Source: a bacterium
GTDB lineage: Bacteria; Verrucomicrobiota; Kiritimatiellia; CAIKKV01; CAITUY01
Direction: 5' to 3'
Length of the DNA stretch: 28,500 nucleotides
NCBI GenBank assembly: GCA_037128375.1
Contig: JBAXWO010000001.1
Span: 1-28,500 of the forward strand
A model generated the notes under the pieces. That model searched no databases and was not told the origin of the DNA. It saw only the letters and a list, made by a program, of their open reading frames with translations. How positions within the stretch are numbered: position 1 is the stretch's first letter; each line of letters starts with the position of its first letter. Below, one piece after another: positions 1 through 8,399 of this stretch. The position numbers were made by a program, and so were the translations under genes.

Positions 1-217
1 GATGATTCTTGTAGTCCTTTTCGGATAGCCGGTGGCCCTTCATGATGCCCAGGAGTGATCCGGTCACCGGGGGAAGCGCGCGCTCACGCCTGCTTGTCGC
101 AAGCAACGCCACGAACTCGGCAAACATCTGTGAAACCGACTTGCCACGTTGCGCAGCCTCCGCTTTCGCCTGCTCCACAAGCACATCGTCCAATCGCAAG
201 GTTAGCTTTGTGTTCAT
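1..217 (-). CDS. Ribbon-helix-helix antitoxin-like protein (DUF6364-like), 3'-truncated by the window edge
   Basis: Not in the ORF track; translated by hand from ATG at 217: MNTKLTLRLDDVLVEQAKAEAAQRGKSVSQMFAEFVALLATSRRERALPPVTGSLLGIMKGHRLSEKDYKNH, open to position 1. It has an alternating beta-strand (TKLTLRL) followed by two helices (AKAEAAQRGKSVSQMFAEF), as in RHH antitoxins. Confidence 0.8.
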   Translation of the reverse strand, partial: MNTKLTLRLDDVLVEQAKAEAAQRGKSVSQMFAEFVALLATSRRERALPPVTGSLLGIMKGHRLSEKDYKNH

Positions 218-253
218 GACGTATACTTTTGCAAGATCTGTACGTCTCGTCAA
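218..253 (-). promoter_or_regulatory. Candidate leaderless sigma70 promoter with overlapping inverted repeat for the RHH gene
   Basis: Minus strand TTGACG (253-248), 17 bp spacer, weak -10 AAAAGT (230-225), 7 nt, then ATG with no SD. The inverted repeat GACGTA (218-223) / TACGTC (241-246) overlaps it. Confidence 0.45.
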
Positions 254-332
254 TCATTTTGCAGCGACACGATTGTCGGGATGGCAGCGACCCCGGGAGC
301 GGCAAACGGGGCACTTGACGGCATGCCCGCCC

Positions 333-376
333 ATCGAAGAAAGCCTCCATTCATCAATCTCAGCCAAGAGGCTTTC
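333..376 (-). terminator. Candidate intrinsic terminator downstream of recN
   Basis: Perfect 9-bp inverted repeat GAAAGCCTC (339-347) / GAGGCTTTC (368-376). On the minus strand the stem ends in TTTC followed by TTC, about 30 nt after the recN stop. The 20-nt loop is long and the U tract is weak. Confidence 0.4.
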
Positions 377-408
377 GGGTTGTGTCCCCCCAATGCAGAC
401 TGGGCTTC

Positions 409-2073
409 TTATTTGCCCCGAAGCATCTCACGGGCGTGTTTCAGCGTCACACTGGTGAGGTCGCGTCCGCCCAGCATACGGGCGATTTCTTCCACACGCT
501 GCGCCTCACTGAGGAGCTCGATCGAGGTGCGCGTCCGGCCGTTCACGACCTCCTTGGCCACGGCAAAGTGGGTCCCGCCACGGACCGCCACTTGCGGAAG
601 ATGGGTGATGCACAGCACCTGATGATGCTTCCCGACCGTATCGAGTTTGGCTCCGATGGCCGTTCCCATTGCTCCGCCAACGTTGGCGTCAATCTCGTCA
701 AAAACGAGCACCGGGATACTGTCATGATTCGCCAGCACCGCCTTGACCGCCAACATGACGCGCGAGATTTCTCCGCTGGAGGCGATGGCTCGTAACGGGC
801 GCGCCGGCTCGCCGGCGTTCGGCGCAAACGCAAACTCAATCCCATCCAGACCCGAGGGGCCGGGTTCCTCCGGCGTGAGTTCAACCGCAAAGGCCCCGTG
901 CGCGAAGCCCAGATCGCGCAATTCCAGGGTAATCGTCCCGGCCAATTTTGAAGCGGCCTGGCGCCTGGCCTTGCCCAGCTTGCCGCCAACCTGCCCCAGT
1001 TTGGCACGCACTCCTTCGATCTGCCGGTCAATTTCAGCCAGACGTTCTCCGCGACCTTCCAGGGCGCGCAATCGCGCCTTGGCTTTCTCAAGAGTCTCCA
1101 GGACATCCTTGACGGACCCGCCGTATTTGCGTTTCAGGCGATGATACAACGCCATCCGGTCCTCCAGCCACTGCAGGCGCCGGGGATCGCCCTCGATGTT
1201 CCGGACATGGTGTTCGATCGTCCCGGCAAGATCCTGAAGCTGAACCGTCAGGGACCGGGCTTCATCCCGCCACGCGCTGGCAGGCTCGACCAACGGCGCC
1301 AGTTCGCCCAGACCTTTTTGCGCAAAGGCGAGCCCGTTGAACGCCGAATTCTCCCCCTCCATCAGGGCATTGCGAATGCCTTCGGACAGTTCGAGAATAC
1401 GCTGGGCATTCGCCACCTGCACCTGTTCCCGGGCAATGGATTCGTCCTCGCCCTCCACCAGCGCGGCGTCCTCGATCTCCTTGATCTGAAATGAAAGCAC
1501 GTCGATTTGCTGGGTGACATCCTGTTCATCGGTGCCCTCCAGTTCCCGCCGCTGCGCCTGCAGGTCGCGAAACGACCCGTAGAGGGTCTCGTAACCTTCG
1601 CGGGTTTCCCACAGGTGACCGAAAGCGTCGAGGATGTCGAGTTGGAACTCGGTATTGAGAAGCGACTGGTGATCGTAGGGCCCGTGCATGTCCACCAGCA
1701 ACTCACCCACGCGCTTGAGCACCTGGAGGGTGGTCGCGCTGTCATTGATGAAATTCTTACCCGTCCCGTTGACAGAAAGGGTGCGGCGGACCAGTAACTG
1801 CCCGTCTTCGCAAACAGGCAGCCCCACCTCATCTAGGATCGCGTCGACCGCAGCGGAATCGGGGAGGTTGAAAGCGGCCTCGGCCAGACACTGCTCCGCC
1901 CCGGCCCGGATCAGACTCTTATCCGCCCGCTCACCCAACAACAGGCCCAGCGCACCGATGATCACCGACTTCCCGGCGCCGGTTTCGCCCGTAATCACGT
2001 TGAGGCCGGTATTAAACTCGACCGTAATATCCTCAACCAAGGCCAGATTGCGTACTCGGAGCGTATGAAGCAT
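409..2073 (-). CDS. recN: DNA repair protein RecN (SMC-like ATPase)
   Basis: Start moved to MLHTLRVRNLALVE (ATG 2073). Motifs: Walker A GETGAGKS, central coiled coil, signature-like ASSGEISRVMLA, Walker B VLVFDEIDANVGG, H-loop ITHLPQVA, C-terminal RVEEIARMLGG. Confidence 0.96.
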   Translation of the reverse strand: MLHTLRVRNLALVEDITVEFNTGLNVITGETGAGKSVIIGALGLLLGERADKSLIRAGAEQCLAEAAFNLPDSAAVDAILDEVGLPVCEDGQLLVRRTLSVNGTGKNFINDSATTLQVLKRVGELLVDMHGPYDHQSLLNTEFQLDILDAFGHLWETREGYETLYGSFRDLQAQRRELEGTDEQDVTQQIDVLSFQIKEIEDAALVEGEDESIAREQVQVANAQRILELSEGIRNALMEGENSAFNGLAFAQKGLGELAPLVEPASAWRDEARSLTVQLQDLAGTIEHHVRNIEGDPRRLQWLEDRMALYHRLKRKYGGSVKDVLETLEKAKARLRALEGRGERLAEIDRQIEGVRAKLGQVGGKLGKARRQAASKLAGTITLELRDLGFAHGAFAVELTPEEPGPSGLDGIEFAFAPNAGEPARPLRAIASSGEISRVMLAVKAVLANHDSIPVLVFDEIDANVGGAMGTAIGAKLDTVGKHHQVLCITHLPQVAVRGGTHFAVAKEVVNGRTRTSIELLSEAQRVEEIARMLGGRDLTSVTLKHAREMLRGK

Positions 2074-2190
2074 GGGCGGAAAGATACCGTTGCGGAGGCC
2101 GAAGTTCCAGAAGTTTCGCCTTCTCTCCGACGGGTCCATCTGCTATCGAATATAACGCAACGGGAGGCTTGATCCGAAGGGAGAGGGTCG

Positions 2191-3123
2191 ATGCGCGTAT
2201 TGATCACCGGCGGAGCCGGATTCATTGGCAGTCATATCGCCGAGCATTTCCAGGGACGGGCGGAAGTCCGAGTCCTGGACAATCTGCGCTCGGGCCACCG
2301 CCACAACCTGGCGGGCCTCGACGCCGCCTTCATTGAGGGCTCCATCCTGGATCGCCCGCTCGTGCGCCAGGCCATGGAGGGCGTGGATTATGTCTTTCAC
2401 CTTGCCGCCATGATCAGCGTGCCGGAATCCATGCAGAAACCGGTCGAATGCACCGAACTGAACACCATCGGGACCCTCATCGTGCTGGAAGAAGCAGCCC
2501 GGGCAGGCGTTAAGAAGCTGATCTTCAGCACCTCCGCCGCTATCTACGGCGATAACCCCGTCACGCCCAAGCTTGAAACCATGCGCCCCGAGCCTAAAAG
2601 CCCCTACGCCGTTTCAAAACTGGACGGCGAGTATTACTGCGACATGTTTGCGCGCGAGGGCCGTGTCCAAACCGCCTGCCTCCGCTATTTCAACGTATTC
2701 GGACCCCGCCAGGATCCCGGGAGCCCGTATGCCGCCGCCGTCCCCATTTTCGTGGACAGGGCGGTGCGGAACCAGCCCATTATCATTTATGGCGATGGGG
2801 AACAGACGCGCGACTTTATCTACGTCAAGGATGTCGTGGCCGCGAACGTCTTCTTCGCCATGCAGTCCCGCCATACGGGCGTCTTCAATGTGGCCTATGG
2901 TCAACACCTCAGCATCAACGAGCTCGCCCGCACCCTTTGCAGGCTAATCGGATCCTCCTCCGAGATCCGCCACGCCCCCGAGCGGCCCGGCGACATCAAA
3001 CACTCCCTGGCCGCCATCGGCAAACTTCTGGCGGCCGGCTTCACACCGGACGGCTGCCTGTCGGAGGGGCTAGCCGCCACCGTCACGTCCATGGCGTCTA
3101 TGACGTCGAAGAATAGTTCTTGA
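2191..3123 (+). CDS. NAD-dependent epimerase/dehydratase (extended SDR, UDP-Glc/UDP-GlcNAc 4-epimerase-like)
   Basis: GGAGFIGS Rossmann motif, STSAAIYG, YxxxK (YAVSK), RYFNVFGPRQDP, GDGEQTRDF; SD-like GGAGAGG upstream. Confidence 0.92.
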   Translation: MRVLITGGAGFIGSHIAEHFQGRAEVRVLDNLRSGHRHNLAGLDAAFIEGSILDRPLVRQAMEGVDYVFHLAAMISVPESMQKPVECTELNTIGTLIVLEEAARAGVKKLIFSTSAAIYGDNPVTPKLETMRPEPKSPYAVSKLDGEYYCDMFAREGRVQTACLRYFNVFGPRQDPGSPYAAAVPIFVDRAVRNQPIIIYGDGEQTRDFIYVKDVVAANVFFAMQSRHTGVFNVAYGQHLSINELARTLCRLIGSSSEIRHAPERPGDIKHSLAAIGKLLAAGFTPDGCLSEGLAATVTSMASMTSKNSS

Positions 3124-3148
3124 GGGAATCGGGATTAGCCTCTAGCAT
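3120..3148 (+). promoter_or_regulatory. Candidate sigma70 promoter
   Basis: TTGAGG (3120-3125), 17 bp, TAGCAT (3143-3148), upstream of the 3191 ORF. Confidence 0.35.
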
Positions 3149-3190
3149 TACTACCGCGTTGCCCAAACAGACTTGAATGAATGGCGTGCC

Positions 3191-3466
3191 ATGACAACAA
3201 TCAAAACCATCAAGCTGAAAAGAAACCCGGACTCCTCAACCGAGGGCGCCCCATTGGCGCCTCAAGCTGTCGGCGAACCGCGCGTTGCGGCGGCCCCGGC
3301 CGGAACGGCCCCCGTCGGTGCCCCATCCTCAACCGGCAAGAATCCTCTTACCGTCTTTGCCGTTTTGGGTCTCTGCGCCGTGCTCGCGTTGGTGGCGGTG
3401 ATCGGTCTGCAGGCTGCCGAAATTTCATACTTCGCGGCCATCCCCTCCGTCTGGCCACTCAAGTAG
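3191..3466 (+). CDS. Small hypothetical membrane protein
   Basis: ATG at 3191 preferred over TTG at 3173. Basic N-terminus (MTTIKTIKLKR), Pro/Ala-rich linker, one hydrophobic segment (LTVFAVLGLCAVLALVAVIGL). Fills the gap with coding-like codons. Confidence 0.7.
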   Translation: MTTIKTIKLKRNPDSSTEGAPLAPQAVGEPRVAAAPAGTAPVGAPSSTGKNPLTVFAVLGLCAVLALVAVIGLQAAEISYFAAIPSVWPLK

Positions 3467-3487
3467 ACAGGCGCCTGTCACGAATCC

Positions 3488-5146
3488 ATGACTGACAGCC
3501 TGACAGCGCCCTGTCCTTCGTCCCCGCAACCGGTCGCGATGCAAGAGGCTGTCGCCCTGATTCAGGCCGTATGCCAGTCCTTGAATACCGCGCTCCTCTA
3601 CGGAGTCCAGCACAAGGTTGCCCAGGCGTCTTTAGACCGCAGTTACCCTGCCATCGCCGATTTCATTGCGCGCCACGGCCCGACGCATGTGGGCATCATG
3701 GATGGCGAATTGCTGATCAATGGCACGTCCGCCAGCGGCGCCCCGCTGGCGGGAAACCTGACGGCGCGCCTGGCGGCCAGGAATCTTCTGAGTTTTGTGA
3801 TGGCACCCGGTTTGTCACCGGAGGAATATCGAACGTTCCTGACGGTGCTCCTCACACCTCCCGCGCCAGCCGATGCCGGCCAGCCGGCATCGAATGTCAT
3901 GGAAAATCTCGGGCTCCTCCATATCGAGACCCAGAACGTCTCCTATCGCCGCGTGGTTGAAGGCGAAGCCGCTCCCGCCCCATCAACGGCGGCGGATACA
4001 GGCACCCCCGATGACTCCGTCACGCTTCCGTCTGATCTGTCCAACGTCATGGCCTTACTGAAAGGCGACCCGACCGCCTCATCGGACCGCGACCGGGAAG
4101 ATCTGCGGCAGTTGGCGAACGATGCCGAAAAACTCGCCGAGCTCATCCTGCGGACGGTCACCGTTCGCGAGCAGACGGTGGATCTCGCTTCCGGTGAGTC
4201 GTTGACCGACCTGGTGGTGGGCTGTATCAACCGGGTCACCAACACACTGACCCAGGGTCCCGCCTCAAAAACTCAAAAAGGCCGCAAACAGGTCAAACGT
4301 TCCCTGCTTCTCCTGGAAGGACAATTGCTGAACCAACTGCACGCCCTGGCCGGAGCCCCTCTCGATTCAGAAGCCATATCAGCGGCTTTTGCGGAGGCGA
4401 CCGAGGACCTGGATGTGGAGACCCTGACGGCGAAGTACATGAAAGCCCGCCGGGCTGCCGAAAAAGCCGAGGCCCGGCTGAAGAAAATGATCGACCGGGC
4501 CGCAGACGATCCCCTTCAGGAAAACGAACTGCGCGATCGCCTGCTGGAACAGGGCCTCACCCCTGAGGGATGGGAGACCCTGTCGATCACACGCGAGCCC
4601 GCCACCGCTTCGGTCACCACCTCGGCTCCGGACCTGAATGAGACCAGCACACTGACTTTGCTTCTGAGCCAGTTGACCGAAACCCTCGCCCGGTCCGCGA
4701 CTACCGCCTCCGAAACCGGGGACGCCCAAATCCGGGCGCTGATCTCCGAAGCCGGCGATCAGGTCCAGACTCTGGCCGCCAGCACAGAAAAGAAAATTGA
4801 AACACTCCGGGACAGGACCGCCCTTTCCTCGGAGGAAGCAGGAGCCGGCAAGAGCGAAACATTATCGCGCAAAGACCTTCTGAAGATGCTGGCCGAGATC
4901 GCCCAGGAACTGAGCCAGCCACTGACGATTGTGAATGCCACCCTGGAGATGCTGCGTGGTCAACGCTCCGGCCCCATTACGGCGGCGCAAGGTGAATTGC
5001 TGGCGCTGGCCGCCGAAAGCGGCATCCGGCTTGGACATCTGATCGCCTGCCTGATGAAGGTCGCCGGGACTCCCACGAGTCTCAATCCGGATCACGATAT
5101 GCTCCAGGAACTATATCGGGCCGGTGGCGCGCCGTCCGCCACCTGA
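3488..5146 (+). CDS. Hypothetical helical protein with C-terminal HisKA-like dimerisation domain (His replaced by Gln, no ATPase domain)
   Basis: 552-aa ORF with strong coding bias. C-terminal LAEIAQELSQPLTIVNATLEML...RLGHLIACLM matches an H-box helix pair; the protein ends about 30 aa later. Confidence 0.75.
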   Translation: MTDSLTAPCPSSPQPVAMQEAVALIQAVCQSLNTALLYGVQHKVAQASLDRSYPAIADFIARHGPTHVGIMDGELLINGTSASGAPLAGNLTARLAARNLLSFVMAPGLSPEEYRTFLTVLLTPPAPADAGQPASNVMENLGLLHIETQNVSYRRVVEGEAAPAPSTAADTGTPDDSVTLPSDLSNVMALLKGDPTASSDRDREDLRQLANDAEKLAELILRTVTVREQTVDLASGESLTDLVVGCINRVTNTLTQGPASKTQKGRKQVKRSLLLLEGQLLNQLHALAGAPLDSEAISAAFAEATEDLDVETLTAKYMKARRAAEKAEARLKKMIDRAADDPLQENELRDRLLEQGLTPEGWETLSITREPATASVTTSAPDLNETSTLTLLLSQLTETLARSATTASETGDAQIRALISEAGDQVQTLAASTEKKIETLRDRTALSSEEAGAGKSETLSRKDLLKMLAEIAQELSQPLTIVNATLEMLRGQRSGPITAAQGELLALAAESGIRLGHLIACLMKVAGTPTSLNPDHDMLQELYRAGGAPSAT

Positions 5147-5181
5147 CCCCTGCCGGTTCTCCCCGCCCCGCAGGCCGGCCC

Positions 5182-6084
5182 CTATGGCCACAATTTTTCG
5201 GGATACACGCCCTGCGCAACCAACTTCCCTATCCCCTCGACCACCACCCCTTTGTCCTGCGGATAGGTAACCCCGAACCAGTTTTCCGGGGTCGGCAATA
5301 CGTTTACAGAGGCCAGTCCAGCCCGAACCAACCCATCGATCACCGTGGGTAGAAAAAACTCAGCCTTGGGGTCCTGGCCGGAGGTCTGAAGGAATGCTGG
5401 AAACCGGTCCAGCAGTCTGGGAAACAACGACGGCGTCAGGCCCCACATGTTCATGGAGACGGGTTCATCCCCCGAGAACTCCCGCCAGGAGCCATCCGGC
5501 TCAGCCAAGCGCGCGCCGGTGCCGTGCTTTTCGATCTTCGTGCATTCCTCCACACGCTTCAGCAACCCCTTCGGGTCCACCTCGCAGACCCCCCGCGCCA
5601 CATGTCCATGTTCTGACAACGTATTGCGCAACGTAAAGCCCACCATGCCGTACTGCGACGAGGCTGGATCCACACCGCTCAGAAACTTCCCGAGTGCCTC
5701 GAATGACCGGCGCCCATAAAAATCGTCGGCGTTGATGACCGCAAACGGCGTCTTCACCACGTTCCGCGCGGCCAGCACAGCCTGCCCGGTTCCCCATGGT
5801 TTCTTCCGTCCGGCGGCTGTGAAGCCGGCAGGCAGGTCGTCGATCTCCTGGAATACATAGTCCACGGCAATCCGGCCCTCGAAGCGCGACGACACCACGG
5901 CCCTGAAATCCTTCTCGATATCGCGCCGGATCACACACACAACCCGGTCAAATCCCGAGCGGAGGGCGTCGAACACCGAATACTCGATGACGATCGCGCC
6001 ATAAGGCCCCACTGCCTCGATTTGCTTCAAGCCGCCATACCGGCTTCCAATCCCCGCCGCCAACACCACCAGGGTCATGCTCAT
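5182..6084 (-). CDS. Sugar-phosphate nucleotidyltransferase (NTP_transferase family)
   Basis: LVVLAAGIGSRYGGLKQ signature, KPWGTGQAV, VINADDFYG, SMNMWG. Start placed at ATG 6084 after GAGGGAG; ATG 6078 is also possible. Confidence 0.88.
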   Translation of the reverse strand: MSMTLVVLAAGIGSRYGGLKQIEAVGPYGAIVIEYSVFDALRSGFDRVVCVIRRDIEKDFRAVVSSRFEGRIAVDYVFQEIDDLPAGFTAAGRKKPWGTGQAVLAARNVVKTPFAVINADDFYGRRSFEALGKFLSGVDPASSQYGMVGFTLRNTLSEHGHVARGVCEVDPKGLLKRVEECTKIEKHGTGARLAEPDGSWREFSGDEPVSMNMWGLTPSLFPRLLDRFPAFLQTSGQDPKAEFFLPTVIDGLVRAGLASVNVLPTPENWFGVTYPQDKGVVVEGIGKLVAQGVYPEKLWP

Positions 6085-6141
6085 CTTACTCCCTCTCCAA
6101 TCCAAAAGGCCGTTGAATCCAGCACCGCCCGCACGCCCGTG

Positions 6142-6169
6142 AAGCTAGCACCGGGAAAAGGCAAGTCAA
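6142..6169 (-). promoter_or_regulatory. Candidate sigma70 promoter (extended -10) for the nucleotidyltransferase
   Basis: Minus strand TTGACT (6169-6164), 16 bp ending in TGc, TAGCTT (6147-6142). Confidence 0.5.
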
Positions 6170-6218
6170 CCTGAAACCGGCCGGCACCCTCGCGGCCTCC
6201 CGGATTCGACATCCGGAT

Positions 6219-6247
6219 TTGACAGCCTGACCACGGCGACCTATTGT
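6219..6247 (+). promoter_or_regulatory. sigma70 promoter giving a probably leaderless pdp transcript
   Basis: TTGACA (6219-6224), 17 bp, TATTGT (6242-6247), 6 nt, ATG 6254; no SD. Confidence 0.7.
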
Positions 6248-6253
6248 GCGGCT

Positions 6254-7555
6254 ATGCTACCGCAGTGGATCATCGAGAAGAAACGCAACGGCGAGGCGCT
6301 TTCTGCGGAAGAGCTGGCGTTCTTTGTCAGCGGCTACACGTGCGGCGAAATCCCCGATTACCAGATGTCCGCGCTCGCGATGGCCATCTATTTTCGCGGC
6401 ATGTCTCCCGCTGAAACCGCCGATTTGACCCGCGTCATGATGAACTCCGGCGATCTCGTCGACACCTCCTCAATCACCCAACCCAAGGTGGACAAGCATT
6501 CCACCGGCGGCATCGGCGACAAGATCTCCATTCCCCTTGCCCCCCTGGTCGCCGCCTGCGGTGTCGTCGTGCCCATGATCTCCGGCCGTGGACTGGGCAT
6601 CACCGGCGGAACACTGGACAAACTGGAATCCATCCCGGGCTATCGCACCGATCTCGACGCGGCCGCCTTTTTAGCCACCCTGCGGGATTGCGGGTGCTCC
6701 CTCATCGGGCAGACCGAACAACTCGTGCCTGCCGACCGGAAACTCTACGCCCTGCGCGATGTTACCGCCACCGTCCCCTCGATTCCCCTGATCGTGGCCA
6801 GCATCATGAGCAAGAAGCTGGCGGAAGGTATTGACGGCCTTGTTCTGGATGTGAAGTGCGGGTGCGGCGCCTTCATGCGGACCCGTGATGACGCCCGCGC
6901 GCTCGCCAACGCCCTCGCAGATGTTGCGCGAGCCATGGGCAAGCGCGTGTCCGTGTTCATTACCGCCATGGACCAACCCTTGGGGCGCTCCGTGGGAAAT
7001 GCCCTCGAAATCGCCGAGAGTCTGGACATCCTCTCCGGCAAGGGACCCGCCGACTCCACCGAACTTACCCTTATGCTGGGCGCCGAAATGCTCCGCCTGG
7101 CGGGTGTGGCCGGAGACGACAAGGCAGCCATGTCGCTTCTGCTGGATGGGATAGCCTCGGGCGCCGCGCTCAGGACATTCAAAGCCATGGTGGCCCGCCA
7201 CGGCGGTGACCTGCGAGCCCTCGACCACCCTGAGCGGCTTCCCTCGGCTCCGTTCCGGCATTCCTGCACGGCTCCCGTCGGGGGATTCGTGAAGGAAGTA
7301 CATGCGGAAAAGATCGGCCAGGCCTGCCTCCTGCTGGGAGCCGGACGGGTGAAAACAACCGATAGGGTCGATCATGCCGCCGGCATTTCAGGCCTGGCTA
7401 AAATCGGCGAGAAAGTTTCCAGGGGCGGCCCCTTGGCCATCCTCCATGCCGCCACTAAGGATCGGCTCGCCGCCGCCACGCCCCTCGTCGAAAGCGCCTT
7501 TGTAATCACCCCCCAACCTGTCTCCGTCCCGCCATTGATTTTGGAGCGCCTATGA
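6254..7555 (+). CDS. pdp: Pyrimidine-nucleoside / thymidine phosphorylase
   Basis: VDKHSTGGIGDK, MISGRGLGITGGTLDKLESIPG, LYALRDVTATV, SIMSKKLA, LDVKCGCGAFM, GRSVGNALE, C-terminal LGAGR...DHAAG. Confidence 0.95.
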   Translation: MLPQWIIEKKRNGEALSAEELAFFVSGYTCGEIPDYQMSALAMAIYFRGMSPAETADLTRVMMNSGDLVDTSSITQPKVDKHSTGGIGDKISIPLAPLVAACGVVVPMISGRGLGITGGTLDKLESIPGYRTDLDAAAFLATLRDCGCSLIGQTEQLVPADRKLYALRDVTATVPSIPLIVASIMSKKLAEGIDGLVLDVKCGCGAFMRTRDDARALANALADVARAMGKRVSVFITAMDQPLGRSVGNALEIAESLDILSGKGPADSTELTLMLGAEMLRLAGVAGDDKAAMSLLLDGIASGAALRTFKAMVARHGGDLRALDHPERLPSAPFRHSCTAPVGGFVKEVHAEKIGQACLLLGAGRVKTTDRVDHAAGISGLAKIGEKVSRGGPLAILHAATKDRLAAATPLVESAFVITPQPVSVPPLILERL

Positions 7556-8385
7556 ACCCGTCCAACCTTCTCGCCGCCGCCGAGCGGATCGCCCGCCAAC
7601 TGCCCGACACCCGGCCTTCGCTGGCGCTGATCATGGGCTCCGGCTGGCGCGAGGTGACGAACGGTTTCCAGGTCGATCATACGCTCAGCTACAGCGATAT
7701 TCCCGAACTGGGCGCCCCTCAGGTCGCGGGGCATGGTGGAGAGCTGATGCTGGCCCGGCACGCCGGCGTCAATCTCCTGGTGTTCTCCGGGCGCCGGCAC
7801 TGGTACGAGGGTGCCGGGTGGGATCCCATCGCCTTTCCCATCGCGCTCGCCAAAACCGTCGGAGCGCAAGGGATCATCCTGACCAACAGCGCCGGCGGCA
7901 TCCGTTCGGATTTGACGGCGGGTTCCCTGATGATCATTGACGACCACATCAACCACATGGGACTCAATCCGCTGATCGGCCCGGCCCTGCCTTTCTGGGG
8001 CCCCCGCTTCCCCGACATGTCGCGCACCTATGACCCGGATTATCGCGCGATATTCGATGCCGCGGCCCGCCGCAGCGGCATTGTCCTAGCGCATGGCGTC
8101 TATCTGGCGGTCTCAGGCCCTTCCTACGAAACGCCCGCCGAAATCGCCGCCTTCCGAACCCTGGGCGCCGACGCTGTCGGCATGTCGACTGTTCCCGAGG
8201 CGATCCTGGCACATGCGGCAGGCCTGCGTGTCGCCGGCCTCTCCTGCATCGCCAACGCGGCCGCCGGGTCCACCGCCACCCTCTCGCATCAGGAGGTCCT
8301 GGCTGGGGCCAGGTCGGCCATCCCCGCTTTGACGACCCTGATTCAGGCGTTTGTGGAGCAATTTGGAAAGACACTCACGACATAA
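7552..8385 (+). CDS. punA: Purine-nucleoside phosphorylase (trimeric, PNP I/XapA type)
   Basis: LIMGSGW, GRRHWYEG, LTNSAGG, GPRFPDM, GPSYETPAE, GADAVGMSTVPE, LSHQEV; ATGA overlap with pdp. Confidence 0.93.
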   Translation: MNPSNLLAAAERIARQLPDTRPSLALIMGSGWREVTNGFQVDHTLSYSDIPELGAPQVAGHGGELMLARHAGVNLLVFSGRRHWYEGAGWDPIAFPIALAKTVGAQGIILTNSAGGIRSDLTAGSLMIIDDHINHMGLNPLIGPALPFWGPRFPDMSRTYDPDYRAIFDAAARRSGIVLAHGVYLAVSGPSYETPAEIAAFRTLGADAVGMSTVPEAILAHAAGLRVAGLSCIANAAAGSTATLSHQEVLAGARSAIPALTTLIQAFVEQFGKTLTT

Positions 8386-8399
8386 GTCAGGAATTTACC

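Noticed and set aside
42-795. ORF-track calls 42-458, 84-350, 281-622 and 382-795
   Set aside because: They overlap recN or the better-supported RHH frame (ATG 217) and have no motifs.
730-1720. RecN motif variants (HGPYDHQ Q-loop, ASSGE signature)
   Set aside because: Small deviations from HGQH/SGGE. All other ATPase motifs are intact, so these are probably lineage variation rather than inactivation.
2074-2139. Longer ORF-track starts for recN (2139), and likewise clpP (12591), panD (10226), secretin (20101) and nucleotidyltransferase (6105)
   Set aside because: Family N-termini and SD positions support the internal ATGs used in the feature list.
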